From: Candidatus Latescibacterota bacterium
Lineage (GTDB): Bacteria; Latescibacterota; UBA2968; UBA8231
Assembly (NCBI GenBank): GCA_965223905.1
Contig: CBDCXV010000010.1
Location: 1,536,001 to 1,600,000, forward strand
Direction of reading: 5' to 3'
DNA length: 64,000 nucleotides
Part shown: positions 20,378 through 31,861 of the stretch, one piece after another
Numbering within the stretch: position 1 is the first letter of the stretch
Layout of the letters: each line of letters opens with the position of its first letter
Translations under genes and position numbers: made by a program
Notes under the pieces: generated by a model
What the model was told of the DNA's origin: nothing
Database searches by the model: none
The model's input: only the letters and a program-made list of their open reading frames with translations

Positions 20378-20412
20378 GCGGCCGGAAGGTGGTTTTCGCC
20401 GGCCGCTTTTTT
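20378..20412 (+). terminator. Terminator-like hairpin in the ndk leader
   Basis: GCGGCCGG..CCGGCCGC followed by TTTTTT. Confidence 0.6.
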
Positions 20413-20454
20413 GTGTATGGACAGCCCAGGCAGGGACCTGAAAGAGAAACGAAC

Positions 20455-20859
20455 GTGGCCACGGAGCGGACCCTGTTGATCGTAAAGCCGGACGCCGTGG
20501 GCAAAGCCGCAACAGGCCGGATCCTGGCGCGCCTCGAAGCGGAGGGGTTTGCGATCCGCGCTCTCGAAATGACGCGACTTTCCCGTGAACGAGCCGCGGG
20601 ATTCTACGACATCCACAACGAGCGCCCTTTTTTCGGGGAGCTGGTGGAATTCATGACCTCAGGCAGCATCGTCCCGGCCGTGCTCGAGCGCGACAACGCC
20701 GTCGCCCACCTGCGCGCTTTCATCGGCGAAACGGACAGCACCAAGGCGGCCCCGGGGACAATCCGGCGCGATTTCGGCACCGACGTCCAATGCAATGCCG
20801 TACACGCCTCGGATTCGCTCGAGAACGCTGAAAAAGAGATCCGCTTTTTCTTCGGTTAG
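20455..20859 (+). CDS. ndk: Nucleoside diphosphate kinase
   Basis: ERTLLIVKPD, PFFGELVEFMTSG, PGTIR, NAVHASDS. Confidence 0.96.
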   Translation: MATERTLLIVKPDAVGKAATGRILARLEAEGFAIRALEMTRLSRERAAGFYDIHNERPFFGELVEFMTSGSIVPAVLERDNAVAHLRAFIGETDSTKAAPGTIRRDFGTDVQCNAVHASDSLENAEKEIRFFFG

Positions 20860-20874
20860 CATGGACAATGGACA

Positions 20875-21453
20875 ATGGTCTCCGAAGGAACAGACCGCAG
20901 GCGGACCGATACCAGTGCCGCCCACCTCGTTCTCGACGACTTCGAGGAAGGCTGGACAGGATTCGAAACCCCGCTGCCGGCCGCGGCCCTCGACCTCAAA
21001 GACGGGCACTTCGACCTTTCGCCCCAGGTCTGGCTGCGGCTAGAGGTCCAGCGTTTCCTGCAGACCTTCACCGTCAAGGGGACCGTCGCGTTCGAGGTCA
21101 GCGGCGAGTGCTGCCGCTGCCTGGCCGCGGTGCGGCAGCTCGTCGAGGCCGAGGTGGGGGTGCTGATCCAGCGACGGGAAGCCGGCGCCGACCTCCTGGA
21201 GGCAACCGAGGAGGAGGAGGGGCTCGAGATCGTCGACCCGGGGGCGAAAGTCGTCGACCTCACCGGCCGGGTGCGCGACGCCGTAGCCCTCGAGCTGCCG
21301 CTGACGGTGTACTGCCGCGAGGACTGCAAGGGGCTCTGCTCGAGCTGCGGGCAGGACCTCAACGCAGGTGAATGCGGCTGCTCCCAGGAGCGGACCGATC
21401 CGCGCTGGGAGGCCCTGGCGGGACTGGCGTCGAAACAATCGCGAAGCACGTAG
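20875..21453 (+). CDS. yceD: YceD/DUF177 family protein
   Basis: CCRCL, CREDCKGLCSSCG, DPRWEAL; upstream of rpmF. Confidence 0.9.
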   Translation: MVSEGTDRRRTDTSAAHLVLDDFEEGWTGFETPLPAAALDLKDGHFDLSPQVWLRLEVQRFLQTFTVKGTVAFEVSGECCRCLAAVRQLVEAEVGVLIQRREAGADLLEATEEEEGLEIVDPGAKVVDLTGRVRDAVALELPLTVYCREDCKGLCSSCGQDLNAGECGCSQERTDPRWEALAGLASKQSRST

Positions 21454-21468
21454 ATACGGAGGAATCCC

Positions 21469-21651
21469 GTGGCAGCAGTACCCAAGAGACGGATATCCCG
21501 CACGCGCCGGGACAAGAGGCGGACACACTGGAAGCTGCGCCGTCCCGCGCTGGCCCGATGCACGAACTGCGGGCAGCCGGCGCGGCCCCATCGGATCTGC
21601 AGGAGTTGCGGCTTCTACCGGGGACGCGAGTACGCCGAGCCAGAGGTCTGA
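21469..21651 (+). CDS. rpmF: 50S ribosomal protein L32
   Basis: AVPKRRISRTRRDKRRTH, CxxC..CxxCG. Confidence 0.96.
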   Translation: MAAVPKRRISRTRRDKRRTHWKLRRPALARCTNCGQPARPHRICRSCGFYRGREYAEPEV

Positions 21652-22680
21652 TTGCCCGGACAGCCGCTGCCGACGCGAGACGAGAAGCGCTCCCGGCGCA
21701 TCGGGCGTTGCGCCGCGGTGACGGCTGTCGAACGCTACCTGCCGCACCGAGTCGTCACCAACTTCGAGATCGCCTCGACGGTAGATTCGTCCGACGCCTG
21801 GATTCGCGAGCGCACCGGAATCGCCGAGCGCCGCATCCTCGACGCTCTGCCCACCTCTCACATGGCCACCGAGGTGGCGCGGAGCATCCTCGCGAAACGC
21901 GACCTCGACCCCGGGGATCTCGACCTGATCATCGTCGCGACGATCACCCCGGACATGGTCTTTCCCGCCACCGCCTGCCTCGTTCAGGACCGCATCGGGG
22001 CCCGGCGCGCCTGGGGCTACGATCTCTCAGCTGCCTGCGCCGGGTTCGTCTACGCCGTGGTCGCAGGAGCCCAGTTCATCGAATCTGGGGCGCACGAAAA
22101 GGTGCTGGTCATCGGCGCCGACAAGATGAGCGCCATCACCGATGACCAGGACCGCTCGACTTGCGTGCTGTTCGGTGACGGTGCGGGCGGGGTGCTGCTC
22201 GAGCCCTCGGAGGAAGGGCTGATCGATTTCGAGCTGCACTGCGACGGTTCGGGTGGGGAGGATCTGTACATGCCGGGCGGCGGCAGCCTGCACCCGGCTT
22301 CCCGGGAATCGGTCGATAGGCGCCTTCACTTCGTGCACCAGGACGGCAAGGCGGTCTACAAGTTCGCCGTCATGAGGATGGCCGAAGTCTCCTTGAACCT
22401 GCTCGAGCGCAACGGTTTCGGCGTCGACGACCTGGCGCTGTTCGTCCCCCACCAGGCGAATCTGCGCATCATAACGGCCACCGCCGAGCGCATGGGCATG
22501 CCGATGGAGAAGGTGATGGTCAACATCGAGCGCTACGCCAACACGACCGCGGCGACCGTGCCGATCGCCCTCTCGGAGGCGGTTGAGGTGGGCCGGGTGA
22601 AGCGCGGCGACCTGGTGCAGCTCACCGCGGTCGGCGGGGGCCTCACCTGGGGCAGCGCCCTGCTGCGCTGGACGCTCTGA
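21652..22680 (+). CDS. fabH: Beta-ketoacyl-ACP synthase III
   Basis: WIRERTGI, AACAGF, FGDGAG, PHQAN, NTTAA. Confidence 0.95.
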   Translation: MPGQPLPTRDEKRSRRIGRCAAVTAVERYLPHRVVTNFEIASTVDSSDAWIRERTGIAERRILDALPTSHMATEVARSILAKRDLDPGDLDLIIVATITPDMVFPATACLVQDRIGARRAWGYDLSAACAGFVYAVVAGAQFIESGAHEKVLVIGADKMSAITDDQDRSTCVLFGDGAGGVLLEPSEEGLIDFELHCDGSGGEDLYMPGGGSLHPASRESVDRRLHFVHQDGKAVYKFAVMRMAEVSLNLLERNGFGVDDLALFVPHQANLRIITATAERMGMPMEKVMVNIERYANTTAATVPIALSEAVEVGRVKRGDLVQLTAVGGGLTWGSALLRWTL

Positions 22681-22689
22681 TTTTCCACG

Positions 22690-23640
22690 ATGGCTGCTCT
22701 CGCATTCCTGTTTCCGGGTCAGGCATCACAGGCCGTGGGCATGGGTCGCGATCTCTGCGAACGGTACCCGGTTGCCCGGGCGCGTTTCGAAGAAGCGGAG
22801 GAGGCCCTGTCGCTGCCGCTGCGGCGCCTCTGTTTCGAAGGGCCGCCGGAGGAGCTCGAGCAGACCGCGGTGACGCAGCCGGCGGTTTTCGTGCACAGCG
22901 TCGCCGCCGCGGAAGTCCTGGCGCTGCAGGGGGTCGAGCCGGCCTGCGCCTCCGGCCACAGCCTCGGCGAATACTCCGCCCTGACCGCGGCCGGGGTTTT
23001 CGATTTCGCTACCGCCGTCGGACTGGTGCGCGAGCGCGGCCGCCTGATGCAGGAGGCTGGCGAGCAGCACCCCGGAACCATGGCGGCCATCATCGGTCTC
23101 GAGGACAGTCAGGTCGCCCGGCTGTGCGCGGAGGCGGCGCCGGATGGGGACGCGGTGCCGGCCAACTTCAACGCCCCCGGACAGGTGGTCGTCTCCGGGA
23201 CGGCGGGGGCCGTCGCCGCGGTATGCGAAGCCGCCGGACCCGCCGGGGCCAGCCGGGTGGTGCCACTCGAGGTCAGCGGGGCGTTCCATTCCCGTCTCAT
23301 GAAATCGGCTGCCGACGAGATGAGCGCTCGCCTGCGGGAGGTCGAGATGCGCAGGCCGGCAGTGCCTGTGGTGGCCAACGCGTCGGCGCAGGCGACGGAA
23401 GACGTCGGCGACCTGCGGCGTCAGCTGCTGCAGCAGATTCTGGCGCCGGTGCGCTGGACGGAGTGCGTCAAGGCGATCGCCGCCCGCGGCATCGCCGCGG
23501 CCGCCGAGGTCGGGCCGGGCAGCGTTCTCCGAGGACTGGTGCGACGCATCGAAAGGAAGATGACCGTTTTCGCCGCCGGCACCGCGGCGGAGATCGAGAA
23601 CCTCACGGGCAAATTCGCAGAGGCACGGAGAGATGGCTGA
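22690..23640 (+). CDS. fabD: Malonyl-CoA:ACP transacylase
   Basis: FPGQ, TQPA, GHSLGEY, GAFHS. Confidence 0.96.
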   Translation: MAALAFLFPGQASQAVGMGRDLCERYPVARARFEEAEEALSLPLRRLCFEGPPEELEQTAVTQPAVFVHSVAAAEVLALQGVEPACASGHSLGEYSALTAAGVFDFATAVGLVRERGRLMQEAGEQHPGTMAAIIGLEDSQVARLCAEAAPDGDAVPANFNAPGQVVVSGTAGAVAAVCEAAGPAGASRVVPLEVSGAFHSRLMKSAADEMSARLREVEMRRPAVPVVANASAQATEDVGDLRRQLLQQILAPVRWTECVKAIAARGIAAAAEVGPGSVLRGLVRRIERKMTVFAAGTAAEIENLTGKFAEARRDG

Positions 23641-24394
23641 GAACGGAAACGGCAGACTGAGGGGAAGGTCGGCACTGGTTACCGGCGGGTCCCGCGGTAT
23701 CGGGCGCGCCATTGCACTGCGGCTCGCCTCCGAGGGGGCCAACGTGGCGGTGTGCGCCCGCAACGAAGAGGCCGCGGCCGCCACCGCCGCAGAGGTCGCC
23801 CACTCCGGGGTGGGCAGCCTGTCGCGGGGCGCCGATGTCTCCGACGCCGGCCAGGTGAAGGACTTGGTTGCGGCGACCATCGCCGAATTCGGCGCCTTGA
23901 ACATTCTCGTGAACAACGCCGGCATCGCCCGGGACAACCTCACCTTGAGGTTGCAGGAGGCCGACTGGGACGCGGTGCTGGAGATCAACCTCAAGGGGGC
24001 TTTCCTCTGCTGCAAGGCCGCGGCGCGGTCGATGATGAAGGCACGGGAGGGCCGCATCATCAACATCTCCTCCGTCGTCGGCATCGCCGGCAACGCGGGG
24101 CAGCCGAACTACGCCGCCTCGAAGGCCGGCCTGCTCGGATTCACGAAAAGCCTGGCGCGGGAGCTCGCACCGCGGAACATCACCGTCAACGCCGTGGCCC
24201 CGGGGCTGGTCCCGGATACCGGCATGACAACCGATCTGGGGGAAGAAGCGGTCGAGCAGCTGTTGTCCCATGTTCCGCTCGGGCGCCCCGGTTCAGCCGA
24301 GGACGTCGCCGCCGCGGTCGCCTTTCTCGCCTCGGAAGAGGCGGCTTACATCACCGGTCACGTCCTGACTGTCGACGGGGGGATGACCATGTAG
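23633..24394 (+). CDS. fabG: 3-oxoacyl-ACP reductase
   Basis: TGGSRGIG, NNAGI, NYAASK, NAVAPG. Confidence 0.95.
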   Translation: MAENGNGRLRGRSALVTGGSRGIGRAIALRLASEGANVAVCARNEEAAAATAAEVAHSGVGSLSRGADVSDAGQVKDLVAATIAEFGALNILVNNAGIARDNLTLRLQEADWDAVLEINLKGAFLCCKAAARSMMKAREGRIINISSVVGIAGNAGQPNYAASKAGLLGFTKSLARELAPRNITVNAVAPGLVPDTGMTTDLGEEAVEQLLSHVPLGRPGSAEDVAAAVAFLASEEAAYITGHVLTVDGGMTM

Positions 24395-24595
24395 CGAGGC
24401 CGGCCGCGAGCGCCGGAAGCGGCGTGGGTTCTCGGTCCCGGCGGCAGGGAGGTCGGAGGCGCGGAAATCAGCCGCGGGGAAGCGGCGTTTTTGGCTTGTA
24501 ATAACCGCCCCGCCATGTATCATGTATATAGTTGGATTTTCGAGAGAATTCGTGACGCGGATTGCCGGTCACGTCAAGAGCAGGAGGATAGAGTA

Positions 24596-24835
24596 ATGGC
24601 AACAATCGATGAGCGGGTTCGCGATCTCATCGTCGAACAACTGGGTGTCAATGCCGACCAGGTAACTCCGGCAGCTTCCTTCGTCGACGACCTCGGCGCG
24701 GACTCCCTCGACACCGTCGAGTTGGTGATGGCCTTCGAGGAGGAGTTCGGGATCGATATTCCGGACGAGGACGCCGAAAAGATGGCCGTCGTCAACGACG
24801 CCATTAAGTACCTCGAAGAAAACAGCAAAGCCTAG
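24596..24835 (+). CDS. acpP: Acyl carrier protein
   Basis: [20 protein letters not shown]; RBS AGGAGG. Confidence 0.97.
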   Translation: MATIDERVRDLIVEQLGVNADQVTPAASFVDDLGADSLDTVELVMAFEEEFGIDIPDEDAEKMAVVNDAIKYLEENSKA

Positions 24836-25035
24836 CGGTCCGTGGCAGAGCATTTTCCGGGGGCCGACCATTCGGGTCGCCTGCATGGCGCCTGGAGCGA
24901 GGGCGGACGGCCCGTGCTTCCGGCCGCCGAATCCCCGTTCGATCAGGCACCTCTGCACTGCGAGGAAGCGGCCTCGAGCGCCCGGTCCCGGGGCCACTGC
25001 CTCGGGCTTGCGGTTTTCCAGTAGCGGGGGCTGCC

Positions 25036-26280
25036 GTGTCCAGGCGCAGGGTAGCGGTCACGGGTGCCGGTGTGCTGGCCCCCAACGGCAACGGCATCGA
25101 GGCCTTCTGGGAGGCCCTCATCGAAGGCCGCTCCGGCATCGGCGAAATCACCCGGTTCGACACCTCGGAGCACAGGGTGAAGATCGCCGGGGAGCTCAAG
25201 GGGTTCGACCCGGGTCAGTCGCTCGACCACAGGGAGGTGCGCCGCAACGACCCTTTCGTTCACTATGCCGTCCACACCGCGGTCGAGGCGGCGACGCGAG
25301 CCGGGATCAGCGCCGATTCCGTCGATGCCGAGCGTATGGGAGTGATATTCGGGTCGGGAATCGGCGGCATCTCCACTCTCGAGGAACAGCACAACGTCCT
25401 CAACGACAAGGGGCCGGGCCGCATCAGTCCCTTCTTCATCCCCTCGATGATAAGCGACATGTCGGCGGGGATGATATCGATCAAGGTGGGCGCCAAGGGA
25501 CCCAACTACACCACCGTTTCCGCCTGCTCCTCGGCGGCCCACGCGATCGGCGAGGCGGCGCGCAAGATCCAGTACGGGGAAGCCGAGGTGATGATTGCCG
25601 GGGGAAGCGAAGCCGCGGTCACCCCGTTCTCGGTAGCCGGCTTCGCCGCCGCGCGCGCCCTGGCGGTGCGCAACGAGGAACCGGAACGGGCGAGCCGGCC
25701 GTTCGACGCCGAGCGCAACGGTTTCGTGCTGGGCGAAGGGGCCGGAGCCGTCGTGCTCGAGGAGCTCGAGCACGCGAAAGCGCGCGGCGCCGACATCCTG
25801 GGTGAATTCCTCGGGCTCGGGTTCACCGCGGACGCCTACCACATCACCGACATGGCACCCGAAGGAGAGGGAGGGGCGCGGGCGATGCGCATCGCGCTGC
25901 GTGACGCCGGACTGTCCCTCGACGCCGTCGACTACGTCAACGCGCACGGGACGTCGACGGTCATCGGCGACCCGCAGGAAACCGCGGCGATCAGGAACGT
26001 CTTCGGCGCGCATGCCCGCAACGGCCTGGCGGTGAGCTCCACCAAGTCGATGACGGGGCACCTGCTGGGAGCCGCCGGCGCCATAGAGAGCATCGCCTGC
26101 CTGATGGCGCTCGCCAACGGCGTGCTGCCGCCGACGATCAACTACGAAAACCCCGATCCCGACTGCGACCTCGACTACGTCCCCAACGAGGCGCGCAAGG
26201 CGGATATCAGCTGCGTACTGAACAACTCCTTCGGTTTCGGGGGCCACAATGTCGCGCTCATCTTCGGACGCTTCGGCTGA
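25036..26280 (+). CDS. fabF: Beta-ketoacyl-ACP synthase II
   Basis: SACSS, GFVLGEG, NAHGTST, KSMTGH, NSFGFGG. Confidence 0.96.
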   Translation: MSRRRVAVTGAGVLAPNGNGIEAFWEALIEGRSGIGEITRFDTSEHRVKIAGELKGFDPGQSLDHREVRRNDPFVHYAVHTAVEAATRAGISADSVDAERMGVIFGSGIGGISTLEEQHNVLNDKGPGRISPFFIPSMISDMSAGMISIKVGAKGPNYTTVSACSSAAHAIGEAARKIQYGEAEVMIAGGSEAAVTPFSVAGFAAARALAVRNEEPERASRPFDAERNGFVLGEGAGAVVLEELEHAKARGADILGEFLGLGFTADAYHITDMAPEGEGGARAMRIALRDAGLSLDAVDYVNAHGTSTVIGDPQETAAIRNVFGAHARNGLAVSSTKSMTGHLLGAAGAIESIACLMALANGVLPPTINYENPDPDCDLDYVPNEARKADISCVLNNSFGFGGHNVALIFGRFG

Positions 26281-26352
26281 CCCTGCCGCTTCCGGACAAC
26301 CGGGGCGGCGCCCGCCCGGCACCCTGTTCGGCTCCCGGAATCACAGCACCTC

Positions 26353-27108
26353 ATGGGATGGCTTTCCGCACTGTTCAGCCGCAGCCGATTCTCGAGATCG
26401 GGGGATACGGCCCCGCCGGGCCATCTCGGAGAGCTCGAGCAGCGCCTGGGGTATCGCTTCCGTGACCAGGAGCTGCTGCTCACGGCGCTCAAACACCGCT
26501 CCTACGTGTACGCCCGGCAGGGAAGCGGCGTCGATTCCAACGAGCGTCTCGAGTACCTCGGCGACGCCGTGCTCGACCTGCTGGTCGCCGAGGAGCTGTT
26601 CCGTCGCCACGAAGACCGTCGCGAGGGGGACCTCACAAAGATGAAGTCCCTCGTCGTCAGCCGCCCCGTCCTCGCCCGCAAGGCGCGCAGCATCGAGCTC
26701 GGGCGTTTCCTGCTGCTGAGCCAGGAGGAGCGCAAGGTGGGGGGAGCCGATCAGGACTCCATTCTCAGCGACGCCTTCGAGGCCGTGATCGGCGCCATGT
26801 ACATCGATGGCGGACTCGAAGGGACCCGGCGCTTCGTCGAGCGGGTGGTCATGGGGGATTTCGAAGAGCTTCACCAGCGCGAGGACTCCATCAATTTCAA
26901 GAGCAGTCTGCTCGAGCACACCCAGAGCCTGGGGTGGGGCTATCCGAGGTATCACGTGCAGGAGGAGAAGGGGCCGGATCACGACAAGGTCTTCAGCGTG
27001 TCGGTTTACGTCACCGGGGAGGAGGTCGGTTTCGGCAGCGGCAGGAGCAAGAAGGAAGCGCAGCAGATGGCGGCCCGGGACGCCCTCCTCAAGCTCGGAC
27101 AGCTGTGA
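26353..27108 (+). CDS. rnc: Ribonuclease III
   Basis: NERLEYLGDAVL, DAFEAVIGA, dsRBD GRSKKEAQQ. Confidence 0.96.
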   Translation: MGWLSALFSRSRFSRSGDTAPPGHLGELEQRLGYRFRDQELLLTALKHRSYVYARQGSGVDSNERLEYLGDAVLDLLVAEELFRRHEDRREGDLTKMKSLVVSRPVLARKARSIELGRFLLLSQEERKVGGADQDSILSDAFEAVIGAMYIDGGLEGTRRFVERVVMGDFEELHQREDSINFKSSLLEHTQSLGWGYPRYHVQEEKGPDHDKVFSVSVYVTGEEVGFGSGRSKKEAQQMAARDALLKLGQL

Positions 27109-27143
27109 GGCCGCGGGCGAAACCGGCAGCCGGGGATTGAGCC

Positions 27144-27911
27144 ATGACTGCCGTGACGGAAACCTGGCGCCTGCTCGATACCGGGGCGTCGTCAGGCGAC
27201 TTCAACATGCAGGCGGACGCGGTACTGCTCGAGGCCGTCGGCGCCGGCCGCAGCCCCTCGGTGCTGAGGTACTACCGCTGGGATCCGCCGGCCATTTCCC
27301 TGGGATACAACCAGGACCCCGAACGCGAGCTGAATCTGCCGCGGGTGCGCCGCGCCGGCATCGACGTAGTGCCCCGGCTCACGGGCGGGCGCGCCGTCCT
27401 CCACTGGGAGGAGCTGACCTACAGCGTGATCTGCCGCGAAGGATGCGGCCGACTGGGGGCCTCCCCCGGGGCGACGTACCGGGAGATCGGACGGGCGCTG
27501 GTGGCCGGACTGCGGGCCTTCGGCGCCCCGGTCGACCTGCACCGGCAGGATGCGGGACAGGGGGGCCGCTCGACCCCGGAGGCCCCGAAGCCCCCCTGCT
27601 TCGCGAGCACCTCGAAGTGGGAGGTGACGTACCGGGGCCGCAAGCTCGTCGGCAGCGCCCAGCGCCGGATTCGAGGTGCCATCCTGCAGCACGGCTCGAT
27701 TCTCACCGGTCCCCGGCACCTCCTTCTCGGCGGCTTCCTGCGCGGCGCGGATGTCGGCGGCCCGGTCGCCGACTCGAGCTCCCACCTCGGGGAAATCACC
27801 GGGGAGCCGGTCGACATACCCTCCCTGACCGCCTGCATGGCCCGCGGATTCGGCGACTGCCTGGAGATCGACCTGCGCGAGAGCGGCTTGCCGCCGGGGA
27901 GCGGGCGGTGA
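27144..27911 (+). CDS. Lipoate-protein ligase/octanoyltransferase (LipM-like)
   Basis: [32 protein letters not shown]. Confidence 0.88.
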   Translation: MTAVTETWRLLDTGASSGDFNMQADAVLLEAVGAGRSPSVLRYYRWDPPAISLGYNQDPERELNLPRVRRAGIDVVPRLTGGRAVLHWEELTYSVICREGCGRLGASPGATYREIGRALVAGLRAFGAPVDLHRQDAGQGGRSTPEAPKPPCFASTSKWEVTYRGRKLVGSAQRRIRGAILQHGSILTGPRHLLLGGFLRGADVGGPVADSSSHLGEITGEPVDIPSLTACMARGFGDCLEIDLRESGLPPGSGR

Positions 27912-27978
27912 TCGAGCACCGTTGCGGGGCGCGGCGAGGGGTGGGAGAACCGGAGCCGGTAGAGGCCGGCACGCAGCG

Positions 27979-28965
27979 ATGACCTCCCCTGTCCGAGAGG
28001 CCCCGGTCGTCGAAGTCGACGGCCTGCGCACCTTCTTTCACGGCGACGACGGCATCGGCCGCGCCGTCGACGGGGTGTCGTTCTCGCTTTACAAGGGAGA
28101 GACCCTGGGACTGGTGGGAGAGAGCGGCTGCGGCAAGAGCGTCACCGCCCTGTCGGTCATGCGCCTGGTCCGCGAGCCTCCAGGTCGCATCGAGGCCGGC
28201 CGCATCGCCGTCAACGGCCGCGATCTGATGGGGTTGTCCGAGCCGGAGATGTGCCGTATCCGGGGGGACGAGGTCGCCATGATCTTCCAGGAGCCCATGT
28301 CGAGCCTGAACCCGGTGCTCACCTGCGGCTACCAGATCATGGAAGCGGTGATGCTGCACCAGGACGCCTCGAGGGCGGAGGCGCGCGAACGCGCCATCGA
28401 GATGCTTAAGCTGGTGGGCATCCCCGCTCCGGAGCAGCGCGTCGACGAGTACCCCCACCAGCAGAGCGGCGGCATGCGGCAGCGGATCATGATCGCCATT
28501 GCCCTCTCCTGCAACCCGGACGTGCTGATCGCCGACGAGCCGACCACCGCTCTCGACGTGACCATTCAGGCGCAGATTCTCGAACTGCTCCAAAGGCTCC
28601 AGGAAGAGCTCGACATGGCCATCCTGCTGATCACCCACGATCTCGGAGTAGTCGCCGAGGTGGCCGACCGGGTGGCGGTGATGTACGCCGGCAGAATCGT
28701 CGAGACCGCGGCGACCCGGGCGCTGTTCGAATCGCCCCGGCACCCGTACACGCGCGGGCTGCTGCGCTCGATTCCCAGCCTCGAAGGAGAACAGGAGCGG
28801 CTCGACATCATCCCCGGCTCGGTCCCGGACGCGCGTGCCATCCCTTCGGGCTGTGCCTTCCATCCCCGCTGCCCGCTGGCCGACGACGGCTGCCGTCGCC
28901 ACCTGCCGCAATCGGCCGAAGCGGCCCCCGGGCACCTCGTGAGCTGCTGGAAAGCCGATGACTGA
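27979..28965 (+). CDS. oppD: Oligopeptide ABC transporter ATP-binding protein (OppD/DppD)
   Basis: [28 protein letters not shown]-terminal Cys cluster. Confidence 0.9.
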   Translation: MTSPVREAPVVEVDGLRTFFHGDDGIGRAVDGVSFSLYKGETLGLVGESGCGKSVTALSVMRLVREPPGRIEAGRIAVNGRDLMGLSEPEMCRIRGDEVAMIFQEPMSSLNPVLTCGYQIMEAVMLHQDASRAEARERAIEMLKLVGIPAPEQRVDEYPHQQSGGMRQRIMIAIALSCNPDVLIADEPTTALDVTIQAQILELLQRLQEELDMAILLITHDLGVVAEVADRVAVMYAGRIVETAATRALFESPRHPYTRGLLRSIPSLEGEQERLDIIPGSVPDARAIPSGCAFHPRCPLADDGCRRHLPQSAEAAPGHLVSCWKADD

Positions 28966-30028
28966 AGCGAGCCAGCCGCTGATACAGGCAAAAGGCCTGA
29001 AGAAGCACTTCGAGATCCGCAAGGGGCTGTGGGGCGGCGTCAGCGGGTACGTCCGCGCCGTGGACGGTGTGTCGCTTTCCGTGTGGCCCGGAGAAACCCT
29101 CGGGGTGGTCGGCGAGAGCGGCTGCGGCAAGACCACCCTCGGAAGGCTGATCCTGCGCCTGCTCGAGCCGACCGAGGGGGAGGTCTTCTTTCGCGGGCGC
29201 AATCTCGGCGTCCTGGGAGGCCGCGAGATGCGCCGCCTGCGCCGCCGCATGCAGATCGTCTTCCAGGACCCGTACGGGTCGCTCAACCCGCGCATGACGG
29301 TCGGGTCGATCATCGGCGAGGGCCTGCGCATTCACGGCCTGGCCGAGGGCGCTGCGGTCGAAGCCCGGGTCGCCGAGCTGCTCGACATGGTCGGGCTGCC
29401 CGCGGCCTCGGCGCGCCGTTACGCCCACGAGTTCAGCGGCGGTCAGCGCCAGCGCATCGGCATCGCCCGGGCCCTGGCGGTCGAGCCGGAGTTCATCGTC
29501 GCCGACGAACCGGTCTCCGCCCTCGACGTGTCGGTGCAGGCCCAGATCATCAACCTCCTCCAGGACATCCAGCGCGACCTCGGGCTCACCTTCCTGTTCA
29601 TCGCCCACGACCTCAGCGTCGTGCGCCACATCTCCGACAGGGTGGCGGTGATGTACCTGGGCAAGATTGTCGAAATGGCACCGCGAGACGAGCTTTATCG
29701 CCGGCCCTCACACCCGTACACCCGCGCCCTGCTGTCCGCGGTCCCCCTGCCGGACCCGGCCCGGCGCCGCGGCCGCAGGACCCTCGAAGGGGATGTCCCG
29801 AACCCGGCGGCGGTGCCGCCTGGGTGCCCGTTTCACCCGCGCTGCCCCGAACGCACCGACGCCTGCACGCGCGTCGTCCCGGAGCTGGTGGAGATGGAGG
29901 AGGAAGGCCGCCAGGTCGCCTGCCTGCTGCGCCATCCCGAGGCGGCGAAAGCCGGGGCGGCCTCAACAGACACCAACCAGCCGCCGCCGGCGGCTGACGA
30001 CAGTAGCAACGGAGCTAACAGCTTATGA
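28958..30028 (+). CDS. oppF: Oligopeptide ABC transporter ATP-binding protein (OppF/DppF)
   Basis: [24 protein letters not shown]. Confidence 0.9.
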   Translation: MTEASQPLIQAKGLKKHFEIRKGLWGGVSGYVRAVDGVSLSVWPGETLGVVGESGCGKTTLGRLILRLLEPTEGEVFFRGRNLGVLGGREMRRLRRRMQIVFQDPYGSLNPRMTVGSIIGEGLRIHGLAEGAAVEARVAELLDMVGLPAASARRYAHEFSGGQRQRIGIARALAVEPEFIVADEPVSALDVSVQAQIINLLQDIQRDLGLTFLFIAHDLSVVRHISDRVAVMYLGKIVEMAPRDELYRRPSHPYTRALLSAVPLPDPARRRGRRTLEGDVPNPAAVPPGCPFHPRCPERTDACTRVVPELVEMEEEGRQVACLLRHPEAAKAGAASTDTNQPPPAADDSSNGANSL

Positions 30029-31821
30029 TGACCAAACTGCGAGAGAGCACGGGCATCATCATGTGGATCGTGATCCTCGCTTTCGTGGGACTGATCGTCG
30101 TCGAGTGGGGAGCCGACTATTCCGGCACCTCCCGCTCCCGATCCGACGCCGTCGGAGTGATAAACGGTCAGGAAGTCTCCCTGAAACTCTTCCAGCAGGC
30201 GCTGCGCAACGCGGCGCGCCAGCGCGGCCGCGAGAACAGGGGGGACGACGGCGCCCTCGTGCGCGAGGTGTGGCAGGCGATGGTGAGCGAGACCATCGTC
30301 AACCAGGAGCTCGACCGCCTCGGCATCCAAATCACCGACGAGGAGCTGGCGACCTACACCCGCGAGGCACCGCCCCAGGCCGTACAGGATATCGAGGTGT
30401 TCCAGACGGACGGGGAGTTCGACCCGCAGCTCTACCAGCAGTTCCTCCACGATCAGGGCACCTTCGACGACGCCAGGAACCGCGAATTCATCATGCAGAT
30501 CGAGCGCATGTGGGAGAACCAGCTGCTCAACCACCGGCTGCAGACGCTGCTGATGGAGACCGTGCGGGTCAGCGCCCCCGAGGTGCGGCGGCACTACGTC
30601 GACCGCAACGAGAAGGTCAAGGTCGAGTACGTGTTCTCCCCCTCCGACGGCGAGACCGAGCTCGAGGAAGCGGAGGTCGAGGCGGAATACTCCGCCAACG
30701 CCGACGACTACCGCCACGGCAGGCAGGTGGGAATCCGCTACGCCCTGTTTTCCCGCGTCCCCAGCGCCGCGGATTCGGCCGAGATCCAGGAGCAGGCGAG
30801 CAGCCTGCGCGAAGACATCGTCGCCGGGGCCGATTTCGGCGAGCTCGCCAGGGCGATGTCGGAGGACGAGGGCAGCGCCTCCAGCGGGGGCGACCTCGGC
30901 ACCTTCGGCCGCGGCCGCATGGTAGCGCCGTTCGAAGAGGCGGTTTTCGCCCTCGAAGCAGGAGAGGTGTCGCAGCCCGTGCTGACGCAGTTCGGCTGGC
31001 ACCTGATCAAGCTGGAGGAACGCCTCGAGGAGGACGGGGAAGAGAAGGTCCGGGCGCGGCACATCCTGCTGAAGTTCACGCCGTCGCAGGCGACCGAGGA
31101 CTCCCTCCACCGGGTGGCCTCCGACTTCCGGGAGCTCGCCGCGGACCGCGGCATCGACGCCGCGGCCGGTATCGAGGGGATCGAGGTGCGCGATCCCGGT
31201 TTCGTGCCGCCCGGAAGCGTGATTCCCGGGCTCGGGCTCGGAACCGGGTGGATGGTGAACCTGTTCTTCGACAGCGAGGTCGGCTCGGTCAGCCGGGTCG
31301 GCAGCGTCGAAGGGGCATTCTGGGTGGCCCAGCTGGTCGAGGCCCGCGAGGAAGGGGTGGCGCCACTGGAGGAGGTCAGGTCCCGGGTCGAGCGCTCCCT
31401 CCAAGGGCGCAAGCGGGCCCAGGCGGCAGGGGAAGTGCTGCGGGAGATTCGCGGCGCCGTGCTCGGCGGCGGCGACCTGGCCGCCGCGGTCGCGGCCAAC
31501 GGATTGGAGCTGAGCGAGACCGAGCCGTTCGCGCGCACCGACTTCGTTCCCGGGGTCGGCCGCGACACCGAATTCACCAGGGCGGCGTTCGCCATGCAGC
31601 CGGGCGATCTGAGCGACGTCGTCAGCGTCCGCAACGGCGCCTACCTGCTCAGGGTGATCGAAAAAATCCCCATCGATGAAGAGGCGTTTCTCGACGCGCG
31701 CGAAGCCCTCCTCGAGGAGCTCCTGAAGGAACGCAGGAACGAGGCCCTCCAGGTATGGCTGTCCCAGTTCTACGCCGCGGCCGAGATCGAGGACAACAGA
31801 CACCTGTTCTACACCTTTTAG
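30025..31821 (+). CDS. PpiD/SurA-like peptidylprolyl isomerase
   Basis: N-terminal TM anchor, SurA_N region, parvulin FGELAR..GGDLG..FEEAVF..FGWHLI. Confidence 0.88.
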   Translation: MMTKLRESTGIIMWIVILAFVGLIVVEWGADYSGTSRSRSDAVGVINGQEVSLKLFQQALRNAARQRGRENRGDDGALVREVWQAMVSETIVNQELDRLGIQITDEELATYTREAPPQAVQDIEVFQTDGEFDPQLYQQFLHDQGTFDDARNREFIMQIERMWENQLLNHRLQTLLMETVRVSAPEVRRHYVDRNEKVKVEYVFSPSDGETELEEAEVEAEYSANADDYRHGRQVGIRYALFSRVPSAADSAEIQEQASSLREDIVAGADFGELARAMSEDEGSASSGGDLGTFGRGRMVAPFEEAVFALEAGEVSQPVLTQFGWHLIKLEERLEEDGEEKVRARHILLKFTPSQATEDSLHRVASDFRELAADRGIDAAAGIEGIEVRDPGFVPPGSVIPGLGLGTGWMVNLFFDSEVGSVSRVGSVEGAFWVAQLVEAREEGVAPLEEVRSRVERSLQGRKRAQAAGEVLREIRGAVLGGGDLAAAVAANGLELSETEPFARTDFVPGVGRDTEFTRAAFAMQPGDLSDVVSVRNGAYLLRVIEKIPIDEEAFLDAREALLEELLKERRNEALQVWLSQFYAAAEIEDNRHLFYTF

Positions 31822-31861
31822 TCACACACCCGCAGCAGCTTTCATCTGCAAGGAGAACCGG

